Assembly (NCBI GenBank): GCA_965644265.1
Contig: OZ286464.1
Location: 91,946,001 to 92,010,000 of the forward strand
Source: Glycera tridactyla
Taxonomy: Eukaryota
Reading direction: 5' to 3'
DNA length: 64,000 nt
Within the stretch, counting starts at the first letter, position 1. Each line of letters begins with the position of its first letter. This document shows, piece by piece, positions 26,701 through 41,600 of this stretch. The notes below the pieces were generated by a model, which saw nothing but the letters and a program-made list of their open reading frames with translations, had not been told where the DNA came from and searched no databases. Both the position numbers and the translations under genes were made by a program.

Positions 26701-29700
26701 AACTTTTCAACGCGGGTTTCTGTAATGGAGACAGCCATAGCAGTCGAATCAAGTCTCATCCCCAAATGATCCAGCACCTGGACAGGTAGCAATACTGACT
26801 TCTCAAAGTTAACATGGAACCCAAGTCTCTGGAACACTTCAATAGTCATTTCCAGGGCCCGAATACAGCCTTCTCTAGTTTGATGTTGAACATAAATATC
26901 ATCCAAATATCCAATAGCCATAACACCTCTGGATTGCAAGTAGGCCAGCACAGGTTTCAACAACTTAGTAAAGACTCGAGGGGCACAAGCCAGCCCTTGG
27001 GGCAACCCCTGGAACATAAAATGGACCCCCCGCCAGATAAATTTCAGATATTTCCTGAAGTTCCTATGCACAGCCACACTAAAGTATGCGTCTTTAAGGT
27101 CAATACTGGCCATGTAGCAATTAGGTGACATGAGGTCCACACAAGATTCCACAGTTGACATTTTAAAATGCCTGTATTTCATTTGTCGCTTGATCAGCTT
27201 CAAATTGACAATCAACCTGAAAGATTTACCGTCTTTCTTGGGGCGAAGAAATACCCTGGAATAATAATCTCCAGGTTGTTTATGCGTGACAACCAGTACC
27301 CCTTTAGCCAACAATTTGGCAACCAAGTCATCCATATGGGCAGCTTTTTCACCATTCATGACAGTATGTGGCGGACAGACCTGAACTGGCCTGGACAAAA
27401 ATTCAATGGTAACGCCATATCTCACTATATTAAGCACCACAGGGTCATCCGTAATGCCAACCCAGGCATTATAAAATTCAGGCAGATCAGCCGCACTATA
27501 TGGTCTCAAGTTTCCAGCCATACTCACGTTGATATCTACTTGCTCTGCTGCAGAGACTGACTCAGCAGCTGCTGCAGACCCTGCTGAGCTTGCTGTTGCT
27601 GCTTCTGATTGCCCTGGCCCTTGTTCTTCTTCTGGGTGAACATGTTCCCGTATCCGCGACCGCGGGACGAGAAGGTCCCCCGACCTTGCCCGCCCCTGCC
27701 TCGGCCTAAAAAAGGACCCCCGGCACCGCGTTGCATACGTTTCACAGATTTGTGCCTGGGCTTAAACAGCTTATCTGTCACAGTCTGGGCGGTGGAGATT
27801 TTCGAAACTTGATCTCCCAAGTCATCACCGAAGAGAGATTCACCCGGAACAGTGTGCTCTTCGCAAAGGGACTGATACTGCCTCGCAAAGAATGGCCTGA
27901 AGTATTGCTTCCTTTGGGACACCAGCTTGTTCACGGCCGCCACTCCAAAAGTCAGACTGTCCCCCATGAGCTTCTTGACCGTTTTGGCTAACGGGGACTT
28001 GTCCTTGCGGACCAGGTCAAAGGCGCGCAGCTGAGGCACCATGCCTTTACACACGTATTGTTGCGCCTTTTGCAATGCTGCATCACTGCGCTGCTGATAT
28101 GCAGGTACCTTTTTCCAGATTCTCTTCGATATTTTGTTCGTCTCAAGGACCTCCATGCCCTCATTTCCAGGGTACGGATACTCTTTACATTTCAGGTCCA
28201 GTTCAGCATCAGGGGCAGGCCCCCTTCATCATGCCTATAAACAGGCCCGACAGCGAGGACGACACAGCTTCTCCTTTAACTGCATCAATCTTATGGATCT
28301 TCCGAAGATTCCCCATAACCTCATCATCTTCATCGTCATCCACATCCATATCGGATGTCAAATCAAAGTAGTCTGTGCTATCACCGGTAGGCTCATTCTC
28401 CTCAGAGTCCTCAGCCTGCGAAAAATTCCACTCATCATCAGAGTCGGACACATCATGGACCTTGCGCGGAATCCTGCCCGGGGGAGGCCCTGCCGGACGC
28501 GTCATAACCAAGTCCAGCTTGCTAGACAGCGATGTAATAGCAGTAGACACACTACTTATCTGTGATTTCATGTCCGAAACAGACTTTTCCATCTTGCCTA
28601 TGCGCAAATCTGTCTTCTTGCGAAAATCATCACTGGACCGGCTACGACTGTGGCCATGATGCTCACGTTTGTCCCGGCTCCTACTGCCACTATCGGCAGA
28701 AGAATTACTCCTCGAATGATGATTTTTGCTGGGCCGGCTCTCTTTCGACGAATCGTCAGAGGATTTCGTCTGCGACGGCTTGTTTGCAGCGTTATCGTCC
28801 GAAATCGGCTCGAGATCAGGCATGCCGGGGTTTGGCGAAGCCATTTTGAAACACGTGTGGCCGATATTAGGGAATCGGCTCACGACGCGCATGCGCGAGC
28901 ATCCAGAACGAGGCCGGATTATGGGGACTACCCCGGGATACCCCGGGAAACCCCGGCGATTTGGCGAACGCTGACATAGCGTCGCGCGAAGGCGAGGCCC
29001 AACAAGGGAACCCCGTGACGTCACCGCCTCATTGACATAATTTATGCGGAATTCCCTCACGACGCGCATGCGCGAAGTTTCGCAAAGCACTCTGGGAGGA
29101 AAAATCCCAATATTTATACGAAACCCGCCAAAAAATGGCGCCAAATGTCGAAAAAATCGACAACATAGGTTTTCACCTTAATACGCAGTTACCCGACTAG
29201 GGGACTGCTATCCGTATAGAAAGGCTTGGCCTTCGAGGGCAGTCTTTCACGGAGAATCGTTAGTAGACCGTCAGCATGAAGCCGCTTGTCATCTACCACA
29301 TGGCCATAAAATGGCGCCAATGTCGTAATATCGACAATCGTTAATATATCACCTTAATACGCAGTTACCCGACTAGGGGACTGCAATCCGTATAGAACGA
29401 CTTGGCCGTCTAGGGCAGTCTTCCACGGAGAATATCGTTAGTAGACCGTCAGCATGAAGCCGCTTGTCATCTACTATACGACCAATGGCCGCCCGATATT
29501 CCAAGTTAAGGCGATCGTTACTTACCAAAATATACGTCCGAAACGTATACAAAATCATTCCAAGATGGCGGAAACGCTATCTTCCTCAATACGTATTCCA
29601 TAACCCACGACAACAGCGTAAAATCCGGCCATTTGTCGCAGTTTCGGAGAGACGTGCGCCCGTGTCAAGATCTGGCTACCAAGTGATGTGTGCCGGTCGA

Positions 29701-32605
29701 GTGGCTCCCTCTCCCGGTAACCGAGTAGTCGTATGCTGTATAATGCCTTTGCCAAGTCTATTGAAAACAGCCAGGGATGAGTAAGTCGTGCATTTGAACT
29801 CACCTGATATGTATCTCTGGATTCACGGTCGAATGTGACACGAGTCGTGATGACTCCGGTGCCAGCGTGGATCTCAAACTCGCCGGTTTGTTGGGATGGC
29901 TGTCCGTTGTAGAGGAAGTAATAAGTCACGTTACTGTTGGGATCTTCATCCACTGCTAGCACGGTTGTAACAAACTTCCCAGGTGGCTGGTTCTGATCAA
30001 TAAGAACAAAATGAAAAGAGAGGCAAAGTGAGATACATTAACATAACCAATACTTTTTTTGCACTCAATGACCTTGAAATTCAAAATGGCCACTCCAAAA
30101 TCAAAGGGCATCTTGCTAGACGCTAGGAAAGTCTATGATTTTAGTTATCATCCAAATGCCATCATTCATGCACCCAGCCACTGCCAAGGGGGGTCAACCA
30201 GAAAACATAATGCCCTTCGGTGACTACACACTGCAGGGCATTAAATCATATCCGTATTTGAGAAAGATCTTCATTCTCTTCTCGTACTTCTCATCCTCAC
30301 ACTCACCTCAGGAACACCAACAGACTGCGTGTCATTCGAAGGAATTTTCCAGACTGGCGGACCATTATTCGCTGGAATCACAGTGATGATCGCACTCCCG
30401 TTACCACTGAGAGGTGGGATGCCATTATCGCGGACCTGTATTGTCAGGTTGTATACACCATCTCGATCCGTCAGCGGCGTGTTGGTGCTAATGACGCCAG
30501 TATTTGGATCCAAGCGGAACATACCTGCAAGTTTCAATCATTGCACAGGTTCCATTGTACATAAATTTGTGTGTTATGTACACCCCGTATGAACTGACAC
30601 TGAAGTGTAATTTTGACTGAGTATATCCCATATTGCCTACTACTCTATTTTCTCACAGAACCTGAAAGAAGACTACTTGTGGCAATGACAAATATGTATA
30701 TGATTTGCATGTGCAAATAGTGAATCAATTGCCTAACATATACAATGACCACCCTCAGTCACCTCAAAAAGTGGTCACTGTAGACAAGTGACCTTTGTAG
30801 AGAGGTTGTATACTGTAGAAATTACTATCAAAGTCACTGCTCCAGTCAACCTTCGTACGGAGGTGACCTTTGTATGGAGGTGACCTTTGTATGGAGGTGG
30901 TCTCAAGCTACAGTCAAACCTGTCTATAAAGACCGCCTTCGGTCGCATCGAAAAGCGGTCTTTATGGGCAGGTGGTCTTTATAGAGAGGTCATTTACTGT
31001 TGAAAATACTATCACGGTCTCACCTCAGGGCGGTCTTTATAAGCAGGTGGTCTTCATAGAGAGGTGGTCTTTAGAGCAGGTTCGACTGTAGTTTCGACAA
31101 TATTTGCAGTGATGGTGTCATAATATGCATGTCCCTGAAGTATTTCATTGCCTGGGGTATATATACTCATGCTAGCATTAAGTATCAGTCAAAATAGATG
31201 AACTTCTTCTGGACACCCGATTGTTAAAAACTGTGTTCTGTTTTGCGAGGAGTGATGATGTACTCACCACCACCATTTCCTCCGACGATATAGTATGTGA
31301 GAATAGAGGTGCCATTTACATCTGGATCATACGCCGATACTGTGATCACTTCTGTGCCAGGTGGCGCTGATTCATCGACCGTACCATTCCACACATCACG
31401 AACAAACCTCGGGTTGTTGTCATTCTCATCCATCAGGTAAACATACAACTGAAACAAACAGGCAGTCAGTAAATATCATTTACTCAGTGCTTCATTCAGA
31501 ACAAGATTCATTACACAAGACATAGTCAGGAAGTATTCATTGCCAACATCTAGACTTGAACCATCCTTACATTCAAAAACAAGTTTCCATTATGAGCTGG
31601 TAGACAAACATCTGATTGAATCCCATTTGAACACCCGAGTAAGGGGTGGACAAATGAAGATTCCATTCATCAACCAAGGCAAGGTAAATGTATGCTGCCC
31701 ACCAGCAAATCTACAAGAAGAAGTCAATGTATACATAGACAGAATTGCACAAGCATCCCATAGCGAGTTGTTCATCAAACAAGTGGCAGCAAGCGTAGGG
31801 ATATCACGAGTACATGGCATGAGTGATACATGTATCCCTATGGCTGCTGCCACGAGTTTGATGATAACTCGCCAACGGACGCAAGTCCTATTCTGTCTTT
31901 ATTATATGACATTATTTTAGAAGAAATATGTTTGTGAGGGAATCTAATCAAGGCTTTAGGTGATATACATGACAATCTTTGAGAACCAGTCTCCTGGGAC
32001 AAGGGACTACTTCTTTATAGTAAAATGTGTGGATGCATCAGTGACAAGACAGGCTTGTGGCATGCACATGATGAACATTGTAAACTATCAAATGCGCGAT
32101 CCTGCCAGTTGACCAGTGACTTCAATTATGACTTTATGACATGATTGTCTCAAGACGATGTAGGCTCCATTCACAGAAGTATTGCCGGCTCCTGGCTCAC
32201 CCAATGGTTGACACAAGCTTGGATGCTACTCATCGATATCCCAGCGAGTCAGCTCTTTAGTACACACTAGTCATTAAATGAAGGGGATGGTAAAATACTG
32301 AGTGCTGATCCATTACCTAAAGCTACCTGCCTATATGGAACCATGGCTAAAGTCACAAATTACTAGGCATCAAATGATAAGCAGAGTTTGAACTTACCGG
32401 AACTGTTGCATACTTGCGAACACTTGGGTTGTTGGGACTATCATATGCAGTAACTGACAGTTCAAGCATTGCTTCCTGCTCTCGATCAAGACGAGCAGGG
32501 TTCACAACTGTTACCACTCCCTGCAAAATAGAATATAAGTAAATCATTGAATAATAATGATAATCAGAATTTTAATAATAATAATAATAATAACAATGAA
32601 TAATG

Positions 32606-32660
<55 letters not shown>

Positions 32661-35600
32661 TGAGGTAAAATAACAATGATGATATTTATAATGATGGCAA
32701 TAATAATATCAGTAATGATAATTTAAACAACGGCATCCACTTTTTAAGCCAGTCCAACTATTCTCTGATGAAAATAAGATTTACCGTAATATTGTTGACT
32801 GTGAAAGTCCCGTATGGATCCTCAAGAACATAACGAACAACTCCAAAGTCTCCAAGGTCACGGTCAGTTGCTGATACTTTGGTGATGGAAGTGCCTGCTG
32901 GAGAGTTCTCCCGCACCGTTGTATTGTAAAATGGCTGCAAATATATCACAGGAATTATGCTCCCCTTTCAAACTTACATCCCCTCCAGCACTGATAGCAT
33001 ACATTTCCCATCACGAAATGTAGTACAAGGTCATACAGCCAATGATTGATTAAATGTCAACTTATTTGAGCGTACATGCCAGCTTTGGACAGATTTGCTT
33101 TGGTTCAGCCCCAATGTATTCAGCCCCAATGTATTCATTCTATGTCGACATTCCTTGCATCTCATTTTACCAGTCCCATCACGAATACAGCACCCAATCT
33201 CACATTCATGACTGATTAAGTATTGGTATTCTTCGTTATCATTACAGCACATGATGGGAATTGAAAGACATATATATAGGCATTAACATCCATCAAGTGT
33301 GGTGCTTATTGCTTGGGGTGAATACACCAAAATGATTGCCCAAAATTACCTAACTTTCGCAGAGATTTCTATCGTAATAATAGGTATAAAATTTGTATCA
33401 TGGTCCTTGGAGTAAACTCAATACTTTTATATTTCAATGGTCCAGACATCTGGCTTGTGTACACTGAGATATGATATATTTAGCTCATGACTCAAATGCG
33501 TGAACTCAATAAGAAAAAAGCTCCTACAGTGTAGATTCTCACCTCAATAAATGTTGGGTTGTTGTCGTTGATGTTGATTATCTCCATGCGTACAGTGGCT
33601 GTTGACGTCAACTGTGGGTTCCCTCTATCGGCAGCGATGACTACGATCTCCACGTACTGTATCGTCTCGTAGTCCATCGGTCGAGCCACATACAGCACAC
33701 CTGCAGTCAGAACAATCAGGGGCAGTCTAATATCACAAATATGAACTGACAGAACAGAATTACTTGGAAAAATAATGCATAATGATATGGCAAGGGACAT
33801 TATCATTTACTTGAAGTGATGAAGATATGGTTGGACCTGGCTATATACTGGCTATGTACACTCTTGTCACCAATCATTTCATACATTGCACAAAATACTG
33901 ACAGCCACACTTCCTTTGGTGGAAGAGTAAATTGGAAAAATCAACCCCTCAAACAAAAGATTCACTCTCGCAAAGTACAGAAAGGTAAACAACTTTGTGC
34001 AAAATATTATGAAGGTGACACCAGTTGTATGGGGGAACTACAGATACATGTACACTAGGCAGCCATCACTACCACTGAGACAGGCAATTTGACTGGAGAT
34101 GCATGGCCAAGCAAAAGGGTATCCTGCCTTCATAGTGGATTCGTTGCTTTCTTTTCCAATGATATATTTTTTTGTATGAAATAGGAGTCAAAATATGTGC
34201 ATCAACTGAGATATTTACACTCAACAATCAGGAGGGAGAGGTTAGTTTTTTTCACTCTCCTGAAATTAGTATCACTCTCCCCTGAAATTGAGAGTGGCCA
34301 AATTTGGAGAATACTCTAATAGATTGCTCCAACATAAGCCTACATGTTCATTATCTCAGAATGGTGACTGGTATATGATTAAAGTCTGCTTGGGTAAATG
34401 CCAGATTCTTATAAGTGAAGACAAATATTGGGATGACTGGATGGTCCAAATGAATATGATGATCCAAATGGTTTGCTCTTCGCTGATGTTTTCACTTGTT
34501 TCAGCCAATGGCAGATAAAGTTGATCAGCTTAAGCTTTAGGGCAACCAGCTTATTGCATACATCCTCAAATGTTTGGGGCGTGAAACAATCCTGCTGACC
34601 TGAGTTGTCGCTGATGTTGACGTAGACTCCCGGATTGGAGATGATGCGGTAGAAGTCGATGCCCTCGTTATCCGGATCATTAGCAGCGACCGTGGCAACA
34701 TACGTGCCAGTTGGGGTTTCTTCCTCCACCTGCAGATCTATGTAAGGGTTCTCCAACGTCCATGGAGGATCAAATTCTGGATATTGGTCATTCACATGTA
34801 GAATGTTGATGATGAGAGATGCTGAAACACAGATGTGAGGGTGATCTGTAACTAAACTTAGTATAATATTGACAGTTGCGCATTTTTCAACAAGAGAGCA
34901 AATCCCCATATCAGGATAGACAATAGACATTTGTTTATTTTGACACAATAGGTGACTTAACAGCATATAACACGTTAATAAATACACACATAAGACAACT
35001 ATCCAGCCTTACAGGCTGATATCCAGCTGTTGAATTATCATGAAAATGATTGACACTTCCAATACAGATATAGCCTGCGAGCAGGATGCATGTATTTTTC
35101 ACTCACACTTGTGTCATTCAACATACAATCCATCAAAGATTCATTTGAGTGCATATTTGAACCCACATATGCATGGAGATGTATGCTTACCATCTCCTGT
35201 TTGATCTGGGGCACCAGAGATATCACGAGCTTGCACGGTCATGAATATACGCGACGCAAGATCGCGTTGTAAAGGTGCATTCACACGCACAGCCCCTGTC
35301 ACCGAATCAATGGAAAACCAAGACTACAAGGGAGAAAGATACAAACGGGTCAATTGATATTGGAGGGTCATCTGAATGATGAATATGCCACAGACAAAAC
35401 TGGATACTAACTTTACCACAGCATGCTTTTTGTGCTATTGTGCTTCAATGATTGACAGTGTCCAATCCATTCTTGACCGCTGACAACACACAGTGAATCA
35501 AGATATCCCTTTATTCTGTCAGACAGAAGTCAAACCTCTCTTGTCATGAATTGCTCAGCCTCTCTCAGGCAGTCCCCCACTTAGTGCCAACTACTGAAAC

Positions 35601-38600
35601 TCCATAATTCTAGCTTATGATGGATTATGTACCAATCATTTCTTTACATCACATTTATGGCAAAAATGTCACTTTCTCCAAAGATTCAATCATGAAAAAC
35701 CCGAGTAGAGTTGATATATTATCTATCGCCCTTTGTCTGTGTTTTTGTCAATTTGAAAGCAATCAGTATCTGTGATGTTCATTACTGTCAACATCACTCA
35801 TTAATCAGTAAAAACCGATGAGCGGAGAAACAGGCTTTTATAAACTTAGTGCCATTCCCAGACCCTAAATGCAATTTCTGCTTCGGTCATCTCTGTTCCA
35901 CATTTATCCATTTTGTTATAAACACAACATTCATTTATAATTTTCAAAATGCCAATTCATATACAACAACATAATGATAAGGCACTTCTAATGGGAGTAG
36001 CAATGAAACAGTTCACGTACTGGATAGTTGACATCAGATATAGCAACTGTAATTCCAGATGGATTAGAAGCAAAATATGGGTCGATGAAAGAGTATCGGA
36101 GTACAGCGCTGGTATCTGGGTCTGTAGCACTCATCGTCGTCACGACCTGCTGCATCGGTGTATCTGAAACGAGCATGGAAACATCCCATAATAGAGATAA
36201 TAATTAGGCTGATCTAACTCTATCATGCATTGATACCACTTTGGTACAAAAGCCACAAACTCTCTTTCAGTGGGAGTCCTGATCATATATAATATCGTGC
36301 AATTTCTTCAGATTGAAATTGCGAGATCTATATTTCAATTCATGTACTCAGAATAGGTTTGACAGGTGTTTCTATCTTGCCATGCTGCTGCTCTTGTTTT
36401 ATCCCACAATTCACGGATACAGTAACACTAGCGATGACAGACCCCTGAAAAGGGACCATCTCTGAAGGGAGACCATTCAATCAGGGCAGCTTTTCCATCT
36501 GACATAGTCAAATATGCCATCATTCATTTGAGATCATATATTGGTGACGATTAGGGTGGTCTCTCATCAGAGGTTTCATTGCATCTACCACCAAGGTTGA
36601 GACACTGGATCCTTTCCAATAATAATCTATACCCTGATTATGGGCAAAACATTAATTGTAACCTCCTAGGATCCTACAAAGAAAAGAACTTACTTTCATA
36701 GATGGAGATTTCGACACTGTTTGGATCAAATGCTGGTTTCTTGTTGTTGGCATCAGTGATGTGGATGATGACAGTTCCAGTCGCAGACATGGGTGGGGTA
36801 CCTTTATCAGCAGCTATCACCTGAATACAAGACACATAGCAATCATATAATAGCTAGGAGAAAAATAGATGTATCCATGGGGAACCAGAAAGGTTGTCAC
36901 ATAGAAGGAGCTGTTGGTTCAGACAGGCATCTACATGCCTGACATTATCTCCCGAAACTTTGAGAGATAATGAGCGCAAATCTTGCAACAAATCAAAGGC
37001 CACCATTAGGTGAGAAAATCACTTAAGCATGATGGTACGCTAATCACTTTCGAGGGCCACTTGGATAAGTTCACAGATGTGAAATGGAATGAATAGTATG
37101 GATACTCCATGAGATAATGATGGGAAACCAATGCTGGATGGATGCATAGACATAAGGACTCACAGACACCCAGCATTCTAATAGCCCCTCAACTTATTGT
37201 GTGGGACGATAACCCATTCCATGACATATCTACGATACGACAACTGACTTAAGAAAGAGAAGATGTAATTATCTGGATACCACTTTGGATCTCCTCCCAC
37301 TATGCAACTTTGAATGTCTGGATGACAAAACCACATTGTACCAAAACAATGTATTTTGGAGAGGATTTACGAAAACACTTTATATTTGAGACTGGCCAAT
37401 CGAAACAGTCGCAAACGTTTGCTGCGGAGAATCGCACACCTGGCACGAAAATAGCCTACACGCCAGCCCATAATGAGGCTGAAGCCAGTCTCTCTTGTTT
37501 TCGTTCCACGAGCAAGACGTGACTACATGTCAGAAGACAACACGAACCCGCCAGCCCACCCCTTACTCCTTTGCTTTTGTACGAATATGAAGTTTTGGTA
37601 CACACTGGTAGTGCATTCGACCAAAAGTTGATCTTTTTATCATAATTATTATGAATTCATATTGAATTGTCAGACAATTCTCACTATTTGACAAGGGGAA
37701 TGTACTGTGATGCATTCTTCAAAATATGTGAGATGGTATTTTCTATAATACACTATTTGCTTCTGTATTCTGGATTGTATATATTTGTTTCCAACATTGG
37801 GAATCAAGCACATGGAATGCTGCAATGCTGTGATATTTTTGTAATTGTTCACATCTTGGGTGAGGGTCCAAAGAAACATGTCTTTGACCCTGTTGACCAA
37901 AGGAACCTGGCTGATACCAAAAATATTTTTCTGTCTCAGCAACTGTTTTTGTTTCTCAGCATTTCAGCATTTTTGGTGAATTTTTTTTCACAAAAATCAG
38001 AAGTCATGGTTTTTTCCATTTATTGTCAGCATCAATTGTTACATCACATTCACAAGGTTGCCATGGTATAGAAGTAAGCCTTGCATCTGTATGGGCAAAT
38101 CTTTTCTCATGCAAATAAATTGATAGGGAACATTTTTCATAGAATTGACATTTGCATGAAATATAACAGGGGGGAGGAAGGATATGGCAACAGATGGTTC
38201 ATTGATCATTCTAATATGTGGATGAGATGTCTAAACCAGTTGGTACAATAAACATTATCAAGCTGGTTTCCTTGTTGGTGTTTTCTATTCCTCAACCAAA
38301 AACTAAATGAGCAAAATGCAAGGCATGAAACAGTGTCTTTATTGTAAACACCTGGAAAGCAATACAATCTCATATTACAGAATCTAATAGATTAGAATAG
38401 GTCTATTGTCCCCCCCCCCCCCCCCCCCCTCTGTCACCTGAATACATACCCTCATCATGTAGAGATTCTTGATATCATAATCGAAGGTGACACCTGCTTG
38501 AACTCTTACAACACCGGTTGTCTGTCCAATCTCAAACACATTCAGGCCATCCCCAGAATCAAAGTAGTAATAGACCTGTCCATTAGGAGTGTTCGATGGA

Positions 38601-41600
38601 TCAGCATCATTTGCTTCGACATTCACAACAGTTGTACCTGTTCAAACAAAAGTACATCATTATCATGCACATCATGAATACCACAGAATTCATCTTTCCT
38701 GTGTATGCAAATTGAAACCAAGGCAATGGCGATGGTGATGGCAATGTCAATGTACTCTGCATTCCATGTTATACAAGCCATATGCTGTACAATTAAGCTC
38801 AGGACATCTTGAGTTAGTGACTGCAACCACCAGTAGGTGGCAGATGTCATACTCTGGAGCCATCTAATGTTTGTCCCCTGTGATGCCATGCTCTGTCAGT
38901 AGGTGTCAGCAAATATCACCACGACCAATGAAATGCCTAGGTCATGATGCCACATCCAGGGGCAATCTGTCGATCGATACACACATTGTGGCACCATTGT
39001 CAGCCAAATGCATTTGTGTCAAGATGTAGTTCAGGGGGAAGGGGGGGGGGGGGGGTGGCAAGATGTTTATGAAATAAAATGTAAGCACTAAGTATAGGGT
39101 GTGGCAGCATCCTGGCCAATCGGTCACTTTAATGAGATGCTGATCAGGGAAGTTGGTCTGAGCACCGTGTTTGTGTGCATGACATGCTGATGTCTTTCAG
39201 GCAATCCATCACATGCCCAAACCAGGGTCTAATGTGTCGGTGCTAACTTAAACATTGTGACACTTCAAGGAGAGTTATCTGCTGTGGATTGGTGCGGCAA
39301 TTCTGGAAATATAGGTCCCATGAAGTTGGCCTGTGCATACAGATGAAGACTTTTATAGTGCCACTCCCGGTGTCCCAGCAGGGGACAATAAAGCTTGTTA
39401 CTGGACATCTAGGAAATAAATACACTCTCAAAGACACGTTAATTGGGTGTATGATGAGGGGCAAGTTTGAACAGCGTCAAGAGAGTTACCAGCTGAACCT
39501 TAGATTGATCATGATTGCTGGGAATTGTTGTTGAGTTGAACTGTCCACATGTGAGATACTTACCAGGTTGCGTATCCTCTGGAATCCACTCCTCATAGGT
39601 GAAATTCGGGAAGAACACAGGTGGGTTGTCATTGCGGTCCTGAAAATCAGCTCAGATTCAGACATCGATTCAAGCAGATAACCAGTCAGCATCTGGGAAG
39701 TTCCAGTTTACCAAATCTTAGATGAATACAGCTGATTTGGAAAAAGCTTACTGATTTCAGCACAAAATTGAACTTTGGATGAATAACAAATTTGCATAAA
39801 TGAGTGACCACCTCACATAATTCTGGTTTCAGCTTCAGTAGTCTATCATTGAGGTCTTTCCCAAGAATCAACTGCACTAGTGGCACTGGATTGGTTCGAA
39901 CATACATGATTCATTTGGAATATTCTGATGTGAAAAAATGACAGTTATGTTCACAGCTTAATGCAAATAAATGATTCTGGTATTGGCATTCACCTGACAC
40001 AAGTATGATAGCAACATCCATTCCTGATCATTTGTGAATTACTTCTGAGCAACTCATCAACAGTTACCAACACTAGTTCGGCCTCTTTCTGGTCCTAAAA
40101 TCCAATTCTAGCAGGCCCCAATGGACTCGTGTAACACTTGAGTTTGCCAGACACCTAGTGTTATTTGAGACCAGCAGAGAGCAGATGTGATAAAGAGAGC
40201 AGAGGGTGGATATAAACATACAAGAACATAGATCCACACAGTGCAGGTGTCAGAATTGCGGCCATCATTTGCTCGAACTGTCATCTGGTACCTGAAACAA
40301 AGGAAACGTATAAAAATTACATCCAAGTATGCCCTACACATACAATCCAATGCAAACTATACTCTGTCAAATCCAACTATTGTGATTTCTTTTCACTTGC
40401 TAAATTTGCCATTTCTTGTCAGATCTTGCCTTGATGCCAGCGTGGAATTGACCCAGCCTTAACCTCAAAATGCTAAAATCACTCATTTCAATAGCATATC
40501 AATGGCACTGAAGCCCATCTATTGGATGGAATGAAGGAATCAATAAACAAAACACACAAGTAGAATTATATGTTCTATCCATTCAAAAATACAGTCAGAA
40601 AACAATGGACAGTGAATGATATTTAGGAACTATGTTACCATCAAATACAAGTGAAAATGTGTTGAAGAGCCTGTGCTATTCAAGTTTGTGAAAGTTTGGT
40701 GAAAGATGTCCCATCATACAAAATCATGTGTGTACAGAATGGCATCTCTCCAAAGACTATGCGCATATAAAGATCACTCACAACTCTCACAACATGGCAC
40801 CGATATAGAATCTTATAAAACAAACCACTGTTCCACAGAGGCCACCTGTCTGGAAAGACCACTTTTTATAGGGTGACCTTTGGTAACGGATTGATTGTGC
40901 AATGATCCCACAGCTGTCAATCACAATTTGTGCTATTTCTGATAGGATCTGAGCTAATGTCTTGATTTATCACAGTGACTGATTACTTTTCATTGCTGTA
41001 TTCAACAGAAATACCCAAGTCCTTATCCGTCTTTATCTGTGCTTTCAAGAGATTCACCTCTACATTGATATGTCATGTGTATCCCTGTCATGAGCGCATT
41101 AAATATCCTGTTACCAAGTGATCATGAATATGTGATTGAGGCCAATCTCAATCCGAATCTCATTCATTCATAATTCGAACAATCACACTTCAGAAAGCTA
41201 CTTACACGCCTTGGCCACCCGGTGTATCTTCATACATGACGGGTCTATTTCCAGTTATCCGCCCAGTATATATGTCAATCTGCCAGACACCGCCAAAGTT
41301 CCCAGCGATGATGGAGTACTGAATCACATCACCATCCGCATCTTCAGCCTGCAATTGTAGAGTGCACATTGAGAACTTTCAAATGCACCCAGTTTTAAGC
41401 ATCTATTCATTTACGGGATACAGTGTTTGAAATGCATTCCTGAATAGAAAAATAGGCCATACCCTGTAGGTGGTTGATATGTGTACTAAGGGATCACTTT
41501 CTGACCAACTGCCAGACTTAAACTCTCTGACTTGAGGAGAATTAGTGTTTTGCCCATACTGAGATACCTCACTCATCCAACCATAACTACTCGTGCCATT

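Larger units (their letters stand above)
24077..29745 (-). mobile_element. DIRS1-like tyrosine-recombinase retrotransposon, essentially full length, intronic, sense to host gene
   Basis: gag, RT(YLDD)-RNaseH-methyltransferase and YR ORFs; imperfect ITRs 29683-29744 and 24124-24187; right-end extension 24078-24123; internal complementary region 24260-24371; AATG at both termini (24077-24080, 29742-29745). Confidence 0.95.

Noticed and set aside
24828-28979. Numerous plus-strand ORFs within the DIRS element
   Set aside because: Antisense shadows of the GC-rich minus-strand ORFs, with no independent motifs.
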